Notes: generated by a model from the letters alone, not told the origin. DNA of 64,000 bases from an uncultured Candidatus Rokubacteria bacterium (GCA_963826115.1 CAWGVS010000012.1:576001-640000), one strand, 5' to 3'. Numbered from the stretch's first letter, positions 22,019 to 32,506 are shown. Translations and numbers: made by a program.

Positions 22019-22227
22019 AAAAACGAATCGGGGGCGTTGCCGCCCCCCGATCAAGTGGTGAGCCGTGAAGGAATCGAACCTTCAACCTACTGATTAAGAG
22101 TCGGTTCGGGGCCCGAACTCCTACGCACTCAGGAGGAGCTAAGGCCACGACTTTTCTACGCGGCAGCGTGACGGATGTTCGCCTGCGTGGGGCGGAGTTC
22201 GCTTGAGTTTGGCACTGGTATGTCACC
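22019..22227 (-). repeat. att-like site 3: terminator, perfect tRNA-Lys 3' fragment, type-A arm
   Basis: Core 22056-22100 equals consensus; arm ends TGGCAC(22210)-n5-TGTCAC. Confidence 0.95.
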
Positions 22228-22450
22228 GAGATTCGAGAGCTCCCACAGACCGAGCCACGGCCCATCGGGCCGCCTGGGACCTCGCGTCCTCGGACGCCTT
22301 CCCAGCGCCCTCGCGAACCTGCCGTCCTTCACATTCGTCCTGGGCCCATGTGGCGACATCGTCACCTAGCCGTCTGCCCGCCGATTGACGACGCATTTCG
22401 CGTCGAGAACAATGGGGCGGTCGTCCGCCGGCTCGGGTGCGGGGAGGCGC

Positions 22451-22515
22451 GTGCGAGACCAGGCGCCGGGGTCATCGTCGGTGGCGGTATCGCCGACTGC
22501 AGCATCGTCTACCAC
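22451..22515 (+). pseudogene. Tiny N-terminal remnant of a GcvT/FAD-dependent oxidoreductase
   Basis: GGGGAGG RBS, GTG start VRDQA, then after a frameshift VIVGGGIADCSIVYH (degenerate GxGxxG). Confidence 0.55.
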
Positions 22516-22586
22516 GAGAGCGCGATGGGCCCGTTCAGAAATGCGCCAGTGTATGGCCTTTCCTTCGGGCTCACTCGGGAGGTGAG

Positions 22587-23582
22587 TTGCGTAAGACTCG
22601 ACGCCGGCAGTTTCTGATCGAGGCGGGCGCGCTCCTGGCGGCGCCGCTTCCGGGGTTCGCCCAGCAACCAGCCGCGACGGTCCCGCGAATTGGGTTCCTG
22701 GGAGTGGCCACGCCGGCGGCGTGGGCGACCCGCGTCGATGCGCTTCAAGCGGGATTTCGCGACCTGGGCTACATCGATGGCAAGAACCTCGTCATCGAGT
22801 ATCGCTTTGCGCAAGGTCGGTACGATCGTCTTCCCGAGCTCGCGGCCGAGCTCGTTCGCCTCAATGTCAAAGTCATCGTGACACACTCGTCACTGGGTGC
22901 CGTCGCCGCGAAGCAGGCAACCGCAGCGAATCCGATTCCCGTCGTCATGACGAATGTCGGCGATGCCGTGGGGTTTGGCCTCGTTGCGAGCCTCGCGCGC
23001 CCTGGCGGCAACATTACCGGCGACACATTCTTCACTTCCGAGATCGCGGCGAAGCGACTCGAGCTGCTGAAGGATGCGGTTCCGAACGTACGCCGCGTGG
23101 CCATCCTGGCAAATCCGGACACCCTCGTAACGGCGCCCGCCATCCAAGCCATGGAAGTCGTGGCCAAGGCGCTGAAGGTGGCGCTGCAGCGCTTCGACGT
23201 GCGGGATCCCGCTGCCCTGGACGCCGCGTTCAGCTCAATGGCGCGGGACAATCTTGACGGGCTCACCGTGATCGAGGACGTCAAGCTCATCAGCAGCTTC
23301 AAGAGAATTGCGGAGGTTGCGATCAAGCTCCGCCTCCCGTCGATTGGCTTTGTCGACTATGCCGACGCCGGAGGACTCTTCGGCTACGGCGCGGATTTTC
23401 TCGCCTTGTATCGCCGCGTCGCGGTCTTCGTGGACAAGGTCCTCAAAGGCACCAAGCCCGCGGATATCCCGATAGAGCGAGCCACCAAGTTCGAATTCGT
23501 AGTCAACCTGAAGACGGCCAAGGCACTTGGCCTCACCATTGCGCCGGTAATCCGATTGCGCGCGGAACGAATCATTGAATGA
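22587..23582 (+). CDS. ABC transporter substrate-binding protein (PF04392-type), orphan
   Basis: GGAGGTG RBS with TTG start; RRQFL, GLVASLARPGGNITG, KRLELLK, KPADIPIERATKFEFVVNLKTAKALG. Confidence 0.9.
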   Translation: MRKTRRRQFLIEAGALLAAPLPGFAQQPAATVPRIGFLGVATPAAWATRVDALQAGFRDLGYIDGKNLVIEYRFAQGRYDRLPELAAELVRLNVKVIVTHSSLGAVAAKQATAANPIPVVMTNVGDAVGFGLVASLARPGGNITGDTFFTSEIAAKRLELLKDAVPNVRRVAILANPDTLVTAPAIQAMEVVAKALKVALQRFDVRDPAALDAAFSSMARDNLDGLTVIEDVKLISSFKRIAEVAIKLRLPSIGFVDYADAGGLFGYGADFLALYRRVAVFVDKVLKGTKPADIPIERATKFEFVVNLKTAKALGLTIAPVIRLRAERIIE

Positions 23583-23699
23583 CCAGGCGCGGCGCGGTTC
23601 TTGGTACGTCGACCGACCCTCAGCTGAAGAAAAGGCCGAGCGACCCGACAATGGCGACCTAGCGTCCATCGCCAATCGCGCTCGGAATGCAGAAGCGAG

Positions 23700-23870
23700 T
23701 GGTGAGCCGTGAAGGAATCGAACCTTCGACCTACTGATTGAGAGACCGCCGGCGGACGTGAGCCACGCCAGTCCAGACCAACGGAGACCAAGTCTTTCAC
23801 GGGCTTCACCCGCCCTCTTCTGGGTCTGGTTGGGCGGGCACGGCGCAGGTTCTCGGACAATTCTCGGACA
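23700..23870 (-). repeat. att-like site 4: tRNA-Lys 3' fragment, type-D arm
   Basis: Core 23700-23744 (2 mismatches); TTCTCGGACA repeated at 23850 and 23861; no terminator hairpin. Confidence 0.9.
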
Positions 23871-23924
23871 GAGACCCACTGGCCGGACCCCGCTCCTCAC
23901 GCCTCCGGACCGAACCTGGCGTCC

Positions 23925-25316
23925 GTGACCTGGCGCGAGCGAGCCTACTGGGCGCTTCGAAGGCTCGACGGGACCCTGGCCACCGGGATCCTCCAGGAAC
24001 TGCGCGATGCGGAGCGCTGGCGTCCCGCCCGACTTCGCGACTACCAGGAGGGACGGCTCCGCGCGCTGCTCCTGCACGCCTTCGAGCACGTGCCGTACTA
24101 CCGGACCCCGCTCCTCGAGGCCGGGGTCGTGGCGCCGGGTCCCCCGGCCACCGTCGACCTCACGAACTTCGCCCGCTTGCCGCCGCTGGACCGGTCGATC
24201 CTGCGGCAGCAAGCGGTGCCGCTCCAAGACCGTCGGATGCCCGCGGGTCGGCACGGCTCGACCTGGGTCCTGACCGGCGGCACCACCGGCGAGCCGATCC
24301 GCGTGCTGCGGGACCACCGGGCCTACGAGCACGCCACGGCGGTGACCCATTGGTTCGACGAGTGGACCGGCCACCGGGTGGGGGAGCGGACGGTGCTCGT
24401 CTGGTTCAACCGGCTGAGCCGGCGGCCCCGCTGGGACGATCGGCTGCGTCGCCGGGTTGCGGCGTGGCTCCGGAACGAGATCACCCTCGGGAGTGACGTG
24501 CTGTCGACCGCCACCCTGGACGAGCACCTGGAGCGGATCGACCGGTTCCGGCCCACCCGCATCGTTGGATACCCCGGACCCCTGTGGGAGCTGGCGCGGC
24601 GCGCGGAGGCCACCGGGCGGGTCGTCGCCGCCCCGGCGACGATCCTGGTCTCGGCGGAGCGGCTGTTTCCCGACATGCGTGCCACGATCGAGCGGGCGTT
24701 CCGCGCCCCCGTGTTCGACCGGTACGGCACCGACGAGCTGGGCGGAGTGGCCTGCGAGTGCGCCGAGCACCGGGGTCTGCACGTGGCGGCCCTCAGCCAC
24801 TGGGTCGAGATCCTGCGGCCCGACGGAAGCCCCGCGGCGCCGGCGGAGATTGGGGAGATCGTCGTCACGTCGTTCGCGAACCAGGCCATGCCGCTGATCC
24901 GGTACCGGATCGGCGACCTCGGCGTCCTCGCGCCGGCGAGCGAGCCCTGTCCCTGTGGGCGCCCGTTCCCGAGGCTCCTGGAGATCGCGGGGCGCGTGAC
25001 GGATCCGTTCGTCCGCGCCGACGGCACGCTGGTCCACGGGCTGTACCTGCGCAACATCTACCGGACCGTGCCCTGGATCGCGCGCTTTCAGGTGATCCAG
25101 GAGACGGTGACCCGCGTACGGGTACGCCTCGTGGACGCCGAGCGCGCGCCCACGCCGCTCCTCACCCGCCGAGACGACCTCGCGCGGATCGCGACGCACA
25201 TCCGCGCGGGCATGGGACCGGAGTGCGACGTCACGTTCGATCTCGTGGACGAGATCCCGCTCGCCCCCTCGGGCAAGCATCGGACCACGCTGTCCCTCGT
25301 GCCGCGCCCGGGCTGA
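23925..25316 (+). CDS. Phenylacetate-CoA ligase family (CapK-like) protein
   Basis: TGGTTGEP, FDRYGTDE, MPLIRYRIGD, CPCGRPFP, GRVTD, PSGKHR. Confidence 0.9.
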   Translation: MTWRERAYWALRRLDGTLATGILQELRDAERWRPARLRDYQEGRLRALLLHAFEHVPYYRTPLLEAGVVAPGPPATVDLTNFARLPPLDRSILRQQAVPLQDRRMPAGRHGSTWVLTGGTTGEPIRVLRDHRAYEHATAVTHWFDEWTGHRVGERTVLVWFNRLSRRPRWDDRLRRRVAAWLRNEITLGSDVLSTATLDEHLERIDRFRPTRIVGYPGPLWELARRAEATGRVVAAPATILVSAERLFPDMRATIERAFRAPVFDRYGTDELGGVACECAEHRGLHVAALSHWVEILRPDGSPAAPAEIGEIVVTSFANQAMPLIRYRIGDLGVLAPASEPCPCGRPFPRLLEIAGRVTDPFVRADGTLVHGLYLRNIYRTVPWIARFQVIQETVTRVRVRLVDAERAPTPLLTRRDDLARIATHIRAGMGPECDVTFDLVDEIPLAPSGKHRTTLSLVPRPG

Positions 25317-25330
25317 GCGCCGCGCCGCGC

Positions 25331-26569
25331 CTAACCGCCTGAGGCGCACTCCGCGTAGAGGCGGCCGACGGCGTCGACGACGCGCTCAGCGGTGAACCGG
25401 CGGACGAACGCGTCCCGAGCCCCGCGGGCGAGCGTCTTGCGGAGCGCAGGGTCTCCGATCAGCCGCGCGAGCGCGGCGCCGAGCGCGGCGGCGTTGCCCG
25501 GCGCCACCAGAAGCCCGCTTCGGCCATCCTCGACGTCCTCCGGGATCCCGTCGCAGCCCGACGCCACGACGGGGATCTCGGCCTGGAGCGCCTCGATCAG
25601 CGACAGGGATCCGCTGCTCTCTCGAAGGGATGGCAGGACGAAGATGTCCGCAGCCCGGAGATAGGGCCCGGGGTCTGGCACGAAGCCGGTGATCGACACG
25701 GCCGCGTCGAGACCGAGCCGCGTGGTGAGGCGTCGATGGGGGTCGAGCAGCGGTCCCCCGCCGACCAGGCAGGCGGAGAAGGGCACGCCACGGGTGCGAA
25801 GGCCCGCGAGGGCCCGGAGGAGCACGTCGACACCCTTGCGGCCGTCGTGGCGCGATACCGCCACGATCAACGGGGCGCCGGTCGCGGGCGGGAGCCGAAG
25901 TGGCTCGTGCGAGGCGCCGGACGCCGTGGCGGTCCCGAATGCGGATTCGACCGTGTACGGCATCAGCCGGCACCGAGTCCCCAGACCGTACGAGTCCTCG
26001 AGAAGCCGGCGCACGGACTCGTAGTTCACGAGCAGCACGTCCGCATTCGCGTAGCCCTGTCGTTCGATGCGGTCCACGACGCGCCGGGACCAGGCGTGCA
26101 GCACTCGGTGCCGGACGCGAACCCCCCACCGGTACCCGGTCGCGACGCCCTCCACCGTCCCGTGGGTCTCGTACGCGTACGTCGCGTACGCGCTCACCAC
26201 GGCGGTCGCCCGGACGCCGTGTTTCCGGAGTCGACGGGCAGCCGTGACCCCGGCGGGCCCCCACAGGCCGAACGCATGGATCACCGCGCTCGTGAGTCCA
26301 CGCGATCGGACGAAGCGCTCGACGCCGCGGGCCAGCGTGGAGACGTGCCCGGGCGCCATCCAGGCGCGGTCCGGCCAGAGCCGGCACGCCTGGCGGTGGA
26401 GCGTGCCGAAATCGGTCTCGAGCCGTTCCGCGCGCGGCATGACCGAGAAGACATGGGGCGCGAACCCCGCGGCGATGGCGGCGCGCCCGTAGGCGCGGAC
26501 GTACGCCCCGTGGCCGCCGATGGACACGAACGGATCCTTGCCCGCCACCAGGAGCACTGGCGTCCCCAC
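25331..26569 (-). CDS. Glycosyltransferase family 4
   Basis: SRHDGRKGVD, ADIFVLPSLRESSGSLSLIEAL, PVVASGCDGIPE. Confidence 0.9.
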   Translation of the reverse strand: MGTPVLLVAGKDPFVSIGGHGAYVRAYGRAAIAAGFAPHVFSVMPRAERLETDFGTLHRQACRLWPDRAWMAPGHVSTLARGVERFVRSRGLTSAVIHAFGLWGPAGVTAARRLRKHGVRATAVVSAYATYAYETHGTVEGVATGYRWGVRVRHRVLHAWSRRVVDRIERQGYANADVLLVNYESVRRLLEDSYGLGTRCRLMPYTVESAFGTATASGASHEPLRLPPATGAPLIVAVSRHDGRKGVDVLLRALAGLRTRGVPFSACLVGGGPLLDPHRRLTTRLGLDAAVSITGFVPDPGPYLRAADIFVLPSLRESSGSLSLIEALQAEIPVVASGCDGIPEDVEDGRSGLLVAPGNAAALGAALARLIGDPALRKTLARGARDAFVRRFTAERVVDAVGRLYAECASGG

Positions 26570-26575
26570 GCCGAC

Positions 26576-26920
26576 CTACTCCAGGCGGTCCGGCAAGCGC
26601 GGATCGGCGAGATCGCGTAGGCCGTCGCCAACGAGGTTCAGGCCCCACACCGTGGCGCTGGTCACCAGGCCGGCACCCGCGCGACCCAGGGTGCCCGCTC
26701 GCGCGCGGCGACCCCGGCGACCACCATGCCGCCCCACGACGGGGCCTCGGGCGACGCGCCGACGCCGAGGAAGGCCCGCGTGGCCCCCGCCACGATCGCC
26801 TGCGCGACGCTCACACTGCACAGCACCACGAAGGTCGGCAGGATTTCCGACGCTACGTGACGCAGAACGATGCGCAGATCGGAGCGCCCGGTGGCGCGCG
26901 CGGGCTTGGACACCTTCCAT
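26576..26920 (-). pseudogene. Degenerate C-terminal fragment of DppC-type ABC permease
   Basis: ARATGRSDLRIVLRHV...FLGVG...PSWGGMV and GLNLVGDGLRDLADPRL in different frames. Confidence 0.8.
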
Positions 26921-26950
26921 TCTGGGCGCGGGTTGGGTCTCCTGCGGCCC

Positions 26951-28120
26951 TCACGCGGCGACGCGCGCCCGCGAGGGAAGCTGGTAGAGCTTCGTGACGT
27001 TCTCGCTCGTGATCTTCCGGCGGACGCGCTCCGGCAGTCCGCCCAGGTTCTTCTCGAGGTGGCGCCGCGAGTCGGGCCAGAGGCAGTCCGGATGCGGGTA
27101 GTCGGCGCCCCAGATGATGTTGTCCTCCCCCACGATGGGGATCGCGGGCTCGAGATACTGATCCTGCTGGTACGTGGTGAATCCCTGGCGCCGGAAGTAG
27201 TCGCTCGGCTTCAGGGAAAATCCGAGCGATCGGCCGCGATCCTCGTACTCGGTGTCGAGGCGATCGAACACGTAAGGGATCCAGGTCACGCCGGCCTCGC
27301 CGAGGACGAAGTTGAAGGCCGGATAGCGCTCGCAGGCGCCCGAGGCGATCAGGGAGACGAGCACCTCCATCCCGTCGAGCTGGAACAGGCTCGCCCGCAC
27401 GAGGCGCCAGGTCACCGCGTATTCCTTCTCCATCTGCGGCGTGTCGGGCGCCCGCAGTCCCTTGAAGCCGCTGGAGTGGAACGAGATCGGGAACCGGCAC
27501 TCCTGGGCGGCCTCCCAGAGGGGATCCCAGCCGCGGTGATAGAGGGGCACGCTCAGGCGCTTGAACGCGAGATCCCCGCCCCGGAGCCCGAGCTTGGCGC
27601 AGCGCCGCGACTCGGCGGCGGCCAGGGCGGGATCGGTGTTGGGAATGATGGCGAGGGGAAAGATCCGGTCGGGATCGCTGCGCTTGGCAAAGTCCGCGGC
27701 CCAGTCGTTGTAGATCTGGTTGGTCCAGGCGCGCAGGTCCGCGTCCTCGATCAGCTCGTTGATCATGAGGCAGCCGTAGATAATCTCAGCGTCGACGCCG
27801 TCGCGATCGAGATCGGCGAGCCGGAGGGCCGGGGTGGTCGGCCGGGGCTGGGCGCCGGGGCGATAGTCCCAGGTGAAGCCGACCGCCTTCATCTCGTCGA
27901 TGTGGCCGAAGACGCCGGGCTCGTACTTCAAGAACCGCGGCCCCACCCCGTTCCACATGCCCTGGTCGCGCCCCTCCACGAGCCAGTGGCAGCCGTCCTC
28001 CCGTTCCTCCACGCGCGGCGCGAGGAGCTGCCACTTGGCCGGCGCCTGGGACGACCAGAGATCGGGCGGGCAGTAGGTGAGGTCGATGTGGTTGTCGCCG
28101 GAGATCAGTCGCTCGTGCAT
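26951..28120 (-). CDS. Amidohydrolase family 2 protein
   Basis: ISGDNHID, LDRDGVDAEIIY, YNDWAADF, GEAGVTWIP, IWGADYPHPD. Confidence 0.92.
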   Translation of the reverse strand: MHERLISGDNHIDLTYCPPDLWSSQAPAKWQLLAPRVEEREDGCHWLVEGRDQGMWNGVGPRFLKYEPGVFGHIDEMKAVGFTWDYRPGAQPRPTTPALRLADLDRDGVDAEIIYGCLMINELIEDADLRAWTNQIYNDWAADFAKRSDPDRIFPLAIIPNTDPALAAAESRRCAKLGLRGGDLAFKRLSVPLYHRGWDPLWEAAQECRFPISFHSSGFKGLRAPDTPQMEKEYAVTWRLVRASLFQLDGMEVLVSLIASGACERYPAFNFVLGEAGVTWIPYVFDRLDTEYEDRGRSLGFSLKPSDYFRRQGFTTYQQDQYLEPAIPIVGEDNIIWGADYPHPDCLWPDSRRHLEKNLGGLPERVRRKITSENVTKLYQLPSRARVAA

Positions 28121-28182
28121 GGGAGCCTCCTATCCCGCTCAGACCGTGTGGCGTCGGTCGCGCGCGTTCCACGGGCGTCGTT

Positions 28183-31100
28183 TCAGCCGATCCCGTCGAG
28201 GGCAGCCTCCGCCTTCTTCAGCCAGAAGTCCATGCCCATCTCGCGATACATCGCTGTCGCGGTCGTCCGGTGCTTCCGCGCCTTCCCATGGTCTCGGCCG
28301 GCAAGCATCCCGAGTCCGAAGTAACAATGGGCCACGAGCGGGCGCATGCCGAGCTCCTCGGCGAGGGCGAGTGATTCCTGGTAGTGCTTCTCGGCGATCT
28401 CGACCTCAGGGGGATCGCAATGCGCGTGAATGTCGCCGAGGAGCCGGAGCGCCCATGCCTCGTGGCCGCGCTCTTTCCGGTCGCGCGTGAGGGCGAGAGC
28501 CTGCCTGGCGATTGACAGCGCCTCCTCGGGGTGACCGGCGAGCAGGTGTGCCTCGCCGAGAAAGGCGGTGAAGAGCGCGCGATGAACCAAGGGGGCCTTT
28601 GACCCAGGCTCCAGTAGTGGGAGCGCTTCGTCGCCTCGCCCGTCCAGTGCGTACGCGTACCCCAGGGCGGCGAGGAGCGCAGGCAGCTGGGACTCGATCT
28701 GCCACGCCTGGCACGTCGCGACGCCGCGCTCGAGCAGGGGGATGGCCTGCTGAACGTCTCCCCGGCGCACGCGCACATAGCCTGAGCTGAATAGCGAGAT
28801 CGCGACGCTGAATGGATGAGCGGCCAATTCCGCAATCCGGATGCCTTCGTCCCCGACAGCGAGCGCCTCGGTGAACTCACCACGCTCGGTGTGACACCAG
28901 GCTAGCCAGTTGCAGCAGGAGACCGATGGCGAGTACGGCTGACCGAAGCGCTCGGAGAGCCGATCGCCGTGGAGCGCCTGTAAATTGCCTCTGAGCAGGG
29001 CCATGGCTTCGGGATATTGACCCAGAACTCGAAGCGCATGGCCTAGAAAGGCAGTTGTCACGATCTGAAGGCCGAAGTCACTGACTTCGCGGGCGATGGT
29101 CAGGGCCTGTCGACCCGATTCCACGGCACGGTCGGGCTGGCCGTATCGGAGGAAAGAGTTGGTCAGGTGGGCAGAGACCCAGCCCAGCCGCCGCCGGTCG
29201 TCAATAACCCGAGCGAGGGCGTCGGCTTCGCGCAGGATGCCGAAGACCTGCGAGGTCTCGGCCAATGACCAGAGCGCGTTGCGCAGATCGAGCCGCACGT
29301 CGATGGCCTGTTCGATTGTCTTCTGGTTCTCGGGGACATGCGCGAGGGTGCTGCGCGCCTGCTCGAGGCGCCTCACTGCCTCACGATACGCGGAGCGGGC
29401 GAGCGCCTTGGCGCCCGCCTGGTGGAGATAGATGACCGCCTTCTCCCACACCTCTCCGCGAAGGGCGTGGTCGGCGAGGCGCTCGACTTGCTCTGCCAGG
29501 CGTTCTGGATAGAGCCGCTCGATGGCCTCGACGATCCGGGCGTGGAGGCCACGCCGCCGGTCGGAGAGCACGCCATCGTACGCCACGTCGCGCGTGAGGC
29601 TGTGCTTGAAGGTATACTCGACGTCAGGCGTGAGGCGTGTCTCGTAAAGCAGCTCGGCGCCCTGCAGAGCGGCGAGACCGTCACGCAGGGCGTCCTCGGG
29701 GAGCTCGATGAGCGCCTGCAGGAGCGCGAGCGGCGCGTCCTTCCCGATCACCGAGGCTGCCTCGAGCAGGCGTCGTGTCTCCGCGGGTAGTCGGTCGATA
29801 CGCGCGGCCAGGACGGCCTGGACTGTCGCCGGCACCTCGATCGCGTCGATCGGCCGGGCCAACCGATGCGCTCCCCGCTCGCCCACGAGCGCGCCGGTCT
29901 CGGCCAGTGTATGGACCGTCTCCTCCAGGAAGAATGGATTCCCTTCGGTGCGCTCGATCAGGAGTGCCTTGAGTCGCTGCAGCCCGGGATCATGGCCCAG
30001 GAGCGAATCGAGAAGCGCCTGGGCGCTCTCCGGCGGCAGCGAGTCGAGTCGGAGCTGACTGTAGGCCGCCTTGTTGCCCCAGACGTGCTGATACTCGGGA
30101 CGATAGTCGATCAGAAGGCATAACCGCGCGGTCGGAAGGCTCTCGACGAGGCCATCGAGGAGCGCCTGCGTCTCGGAATCCACCCACTGGAGGTCCTCGA
30201 GCACGAGAAGCAGGGGCTGAGCCTGAGCCTCCCGGAACTCGAGCCGCTTGACCGCCTCGAAGGTGCGTTGACGCCGCTGGGAGGGATCGAGGGCTTGCCA
30301 AGGCTTGTCGTCCACGGGCACGTCGAGCAACGCCAGCAGCGCGGATAGGCTGGGGCCGAGGGCCGGGTCGAGCGCGAGGAGCCGTCCGGTCACCTTCTCT
30401 CGAATCGTCGGCGGATCGTCGCGGTCCTCAATGCGGAAGTACGCCTTGAGGAACTCGATCACGGGCAGATATGGAGTCGCCTGGCCGTAGGAGAGTGCGG
30501 TCGCGTGCAGGACCAGCCAGCCCTGACCGCGATGCGCCTGCATGACCTCCCAGACGAGGCGGGACTTGCCGACGCCGGGTTCCCCGATGATGGCCACAAC
30601 CTGGCCGTGACCGGACGCGGCCCGTTCCAGGGCGCGGCGGAGCAGTTCCAGCTCCAGATCCCGACCAACGAGCGGTGTCATGGGACCGCGTGGCGCCAGG
30701 CCGGCGCGCTCGAACCCCTCGAGCCAGTAGCCCTCTGAGTCGCTGGAGTTGAGCGGCACCAGCTCGAACCGTCGCTCGAGCATCCGTGCGGCGGCGGTGC
30801 TCACCGTGATGGCGCCCGGCTCGGCGGCGGCGATCAGCGTCTCGAGCGCTGCGTACGCCTGGGACGTGGCCGCGACGTCGATCAGCATGCCCTCTCCCGT
30901 GTGCCCGACGAGACCCCGCGTCGCGTGAATCGCGATCCGCGTGCCGACATCCTGGGACGTGGCGCGTCGCGCGCGCTCGGCGGCCTTGCGCATCGCGATC
31001 GCGGCATGGGCCGCTCGCCTCGGAGCGTCCTCGACCGACTCGAGCCCGAACGCCGCCACCACGCTCAGCGGCCCCAATCCCTCGACGCGGCCGCCGAAGC

Positions 31101-32280
31101 TCTCCGCCTTTTCGGCGAGGATCTCGAGGACGCGTGTGCCCTCGGGCCCAACCTCACCGTCCGCGGGCGCGACGAGAGTGGCCCGCAGGAACGCGAGCTG
31201 GCGACGCTCCCAGACCGGCGCGCCCCGGACCAGACCAGCCCGTGGCGGCAGCGTCAGCTCGGACGTCGAGCCGGGTACCGGCGGTTGCGAGCGGGCTGAC
31301 GCTGCCTCGCTCCGCCTGAGCTCGAGCTTCTCGATGCGATACCGGAGCGTGCCGCGAGGGATCTGGAGGCGGACCGCCGCCCGCGCGATGTTCCAGTCCG
31401 TCTCGCGGAGCGCTTCGAGAAGGTGCTCCCGTTCGGCCGTGCCCATCGCGTCCCTGAAGGGCATCGGCTCACGCTCGCCGGGAGCGGTCACCCCATGTCC
31501 GGGCGTCACCGGCAGCCCCAGGGTGTTGGCGGTGATGAGCCGTGTCTCGCTGAGGAGAGCGACGCGCTCCATCAGGTTCGACAGCTCCCGCACATTGCCC
31601 GGCCAGGTATAGGCGAGGAGCGCGTCGCGAGCGTCGGCGGTGAGGGTCTTCGACCCGAGGCCGTAGTCAGCGCACGCTCGCCCGAGGAAGTGCTCAGCCA
31701 GGAGGAGGATGTCCGACGCCCGCTCGGCGAGCGAGGGGAGCCGCACGGTGACGACGGCGAGCCGGTGATAGAGGTCCTCGCGGAATCGGCGGGCGCGGAC
31801 CGCGTCACCGAGGTCCTCGCTGGTCGCGGCGACGAGCGCGACGTCGGCTGGCTCGCTCTGTGTGCTACCGAGCCGGCGCACCGCCTGGTCCTCGAGGACC
31901 TTCAGGAACTTCGCCTGGACTCGCTCGGGCAGCAGGCCCACCTCGTCCAGGAAGAGCGTGCCGCCGTGCGCCGTCTGGAAGAGACCCGCTTTGGGCTGGC
32001 GCGCATCGGTGAAGGCCCCGCGCTCGAAACCGAACAGCTCCGCCTCGAGCAAGGTCTCGGGGATCGCGGCGCAGTTGACCTCGACGAGCGGGCCGGTCGC
32101 CCGCGGGCCGGCCCGGTGAAGGGCGCGCACCAGGAGCCCCTTGCCCGTGCCCGTCTCCCCCAGGATCAGGAGCGTGGGCAGACGGCGTCCCGCACCCCCG
32201 TGCGCGAGTACCCGCCCGACCGTGTCTCGGACGGCCTGGATCGCCGGACTCTCCCCGAGCACCTCGGCCAGGGGCGTCAC
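28183..32280 (-). CDS. Sigma54-interaction AAA+/HTH fused to degenerate cyclase, AAA ATPase and TPR domains
   Basis: GETGTGK, ELFGFERGAFTDA, FREDLYHRL, WPGNVREL, Fis-type HTH, second P-loop GEPGVGKSRL, TEGNPFFLEE, TPR tail. Confidence 0.9.
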   Translation of the reverse strand: MTPLAEVLGESPAIQAVRDTVGRVLAHGGAGRRLPTLLILGETGTGKGLLVRALHRAGPRATGPLVEVNCAAIPETLLEAELFGFERGAFTDARQPKAGLFQTAHGGTLFLDEVGLLPERVQAKFLKVLEDQAVRRLGSTQSEPADVALVAATSEDLGDAVRARRFREDLYHRLAVVTVRLPSLAERASDILLLAEHFLGRACADYGLGSKTLTADARDALLAYTWPGNVRELSNLMERVALLSETRLITANTLGLPVTPGHGVTAPGEREPMPFRDAMGTAEREHLLEALRETDWNIARAAVRLQIPRGTLRYRIEKLELRRSEAASARSQPPVPGSTSELTLPPRAGLVRGAPVWERRQLAFLRATLVAPADGEVGPEGTRVLEILAEKAESFGGRVEGLGPLSVVAAFGLESVEDAPRRAAHAAIAMRKAAERARRATSQDVGTRIAIHATRGLVGHTGEGMLIDVAATSQAYAALETLIAAAEPGAITVSTAAARMLERRFELVPLNSSDSEGYWLEGFERAGLAPRGPMTPLVGRDLELELLRRALERAASGHGQVVAIIGEPGVGKSRLVWEVMQAHRGQGWLVLHATALSYGQATPYLPVIEFLKAYFRIEDRDDPPTIREKVTGRLLALDPALGPSLSALLALLDVPVDDKPWQALDPSQRRQRTFEAVKRLEFREAQAQPLLLVLEDLQWVDSETQALLDGLVESLPTARLCLLIDYRPEYQHVWGNKAAYSQLRLDSLPPESAQALLDSLLGHDPGLQRLKALLIERTEGNPFFLEETVHTLAETGALVGERGAHRLARPIDAIEVPATVQAVLAARIDRLPAETRRLLEAASVIGKDAPLALLQALIELPEDALRDGLAALQGAELLYETRLTPDVEYTFKHSLTRDVAYDGVLSDRRRGLHARIVEAIERLYPERLAEQVERLADHALRGEVWEKAVIYLHQAGAKALARSAYREAVRRLEQARSTLAHVPENQKTIEQAIDVRLDLRNALWSLAETSQVFGILREADALARVIDDRRRLGWVSAHLTNSFLRYGQPDRAVESGRQALTIAREVSDFGLQIVTTAFLGHALRVLGQYPEAMALLRGNLQALHGDRLSERFGQPYSPSVSCCNWLAWCHTERGEFTEALAVGDEGIRIAELAAHPFSVAISLFSSGYVRVRRGDVQQAIPLLERGVATCQAWQIESQLPALLAALGYAYALDGRGDEALPLLEPGSKAPLVHRALFTAFLGEAHLLAGHPEEALSIARQALALTRDRKERGHEAWALRLLGDIHAHCDPPEVEIAEKHYQESLALAEELGMRPLVAHCYFGLGMLAGRDHGKARKHRTTATAMYREMGMDFWLKKAEAALDGIG

Positions 32281-32290
32281 GGCGGCTATT

Positions 32291-32506
32291 CTACGCCGGC
32301 GCCACGGATCCGGGCGCCGTGCGGAGGAGGCGGTGGCCGAGTGCGAGCAGGATGGAGCCGAGCCAGACCCGTGTCAGGCGGCGCGGCGGCCGGGCGTCGC
32401 GGAGGAGCGCCCGTCGCGCGACGAAAGCGCAAGCCTCCGCCATTCGCTCTTCGGCTAGCAGCAGATGCGCGTCGGTCCAGGAATCGCCCGTCCGGTACGT
32501 TCTCAT
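32291..32506 (-). CDS. Small hypothetical protein
   Basis: GGAGG RBS before MRTYRTGDSW; ends [16 protein letters not shown]; lies directly upstream of the regulator gene. Confidence 0.45.
   Translation of the reverse strand: MRTYRTGDSWTDAHLLLAEERMAEACAFVARRALLRDARPPRRLTRVWLGSILLALGHRLLRTAPGSVAPA

Noticed and set aside
22056-22227. MITE interpretation from GGTGA...TCACC termini of core plus type-A arm
   Set aside because: Only 5 bp of terminal symmetry, absent from other arm types; no target-site duplications seen; strict co-orientation fits att sites better.
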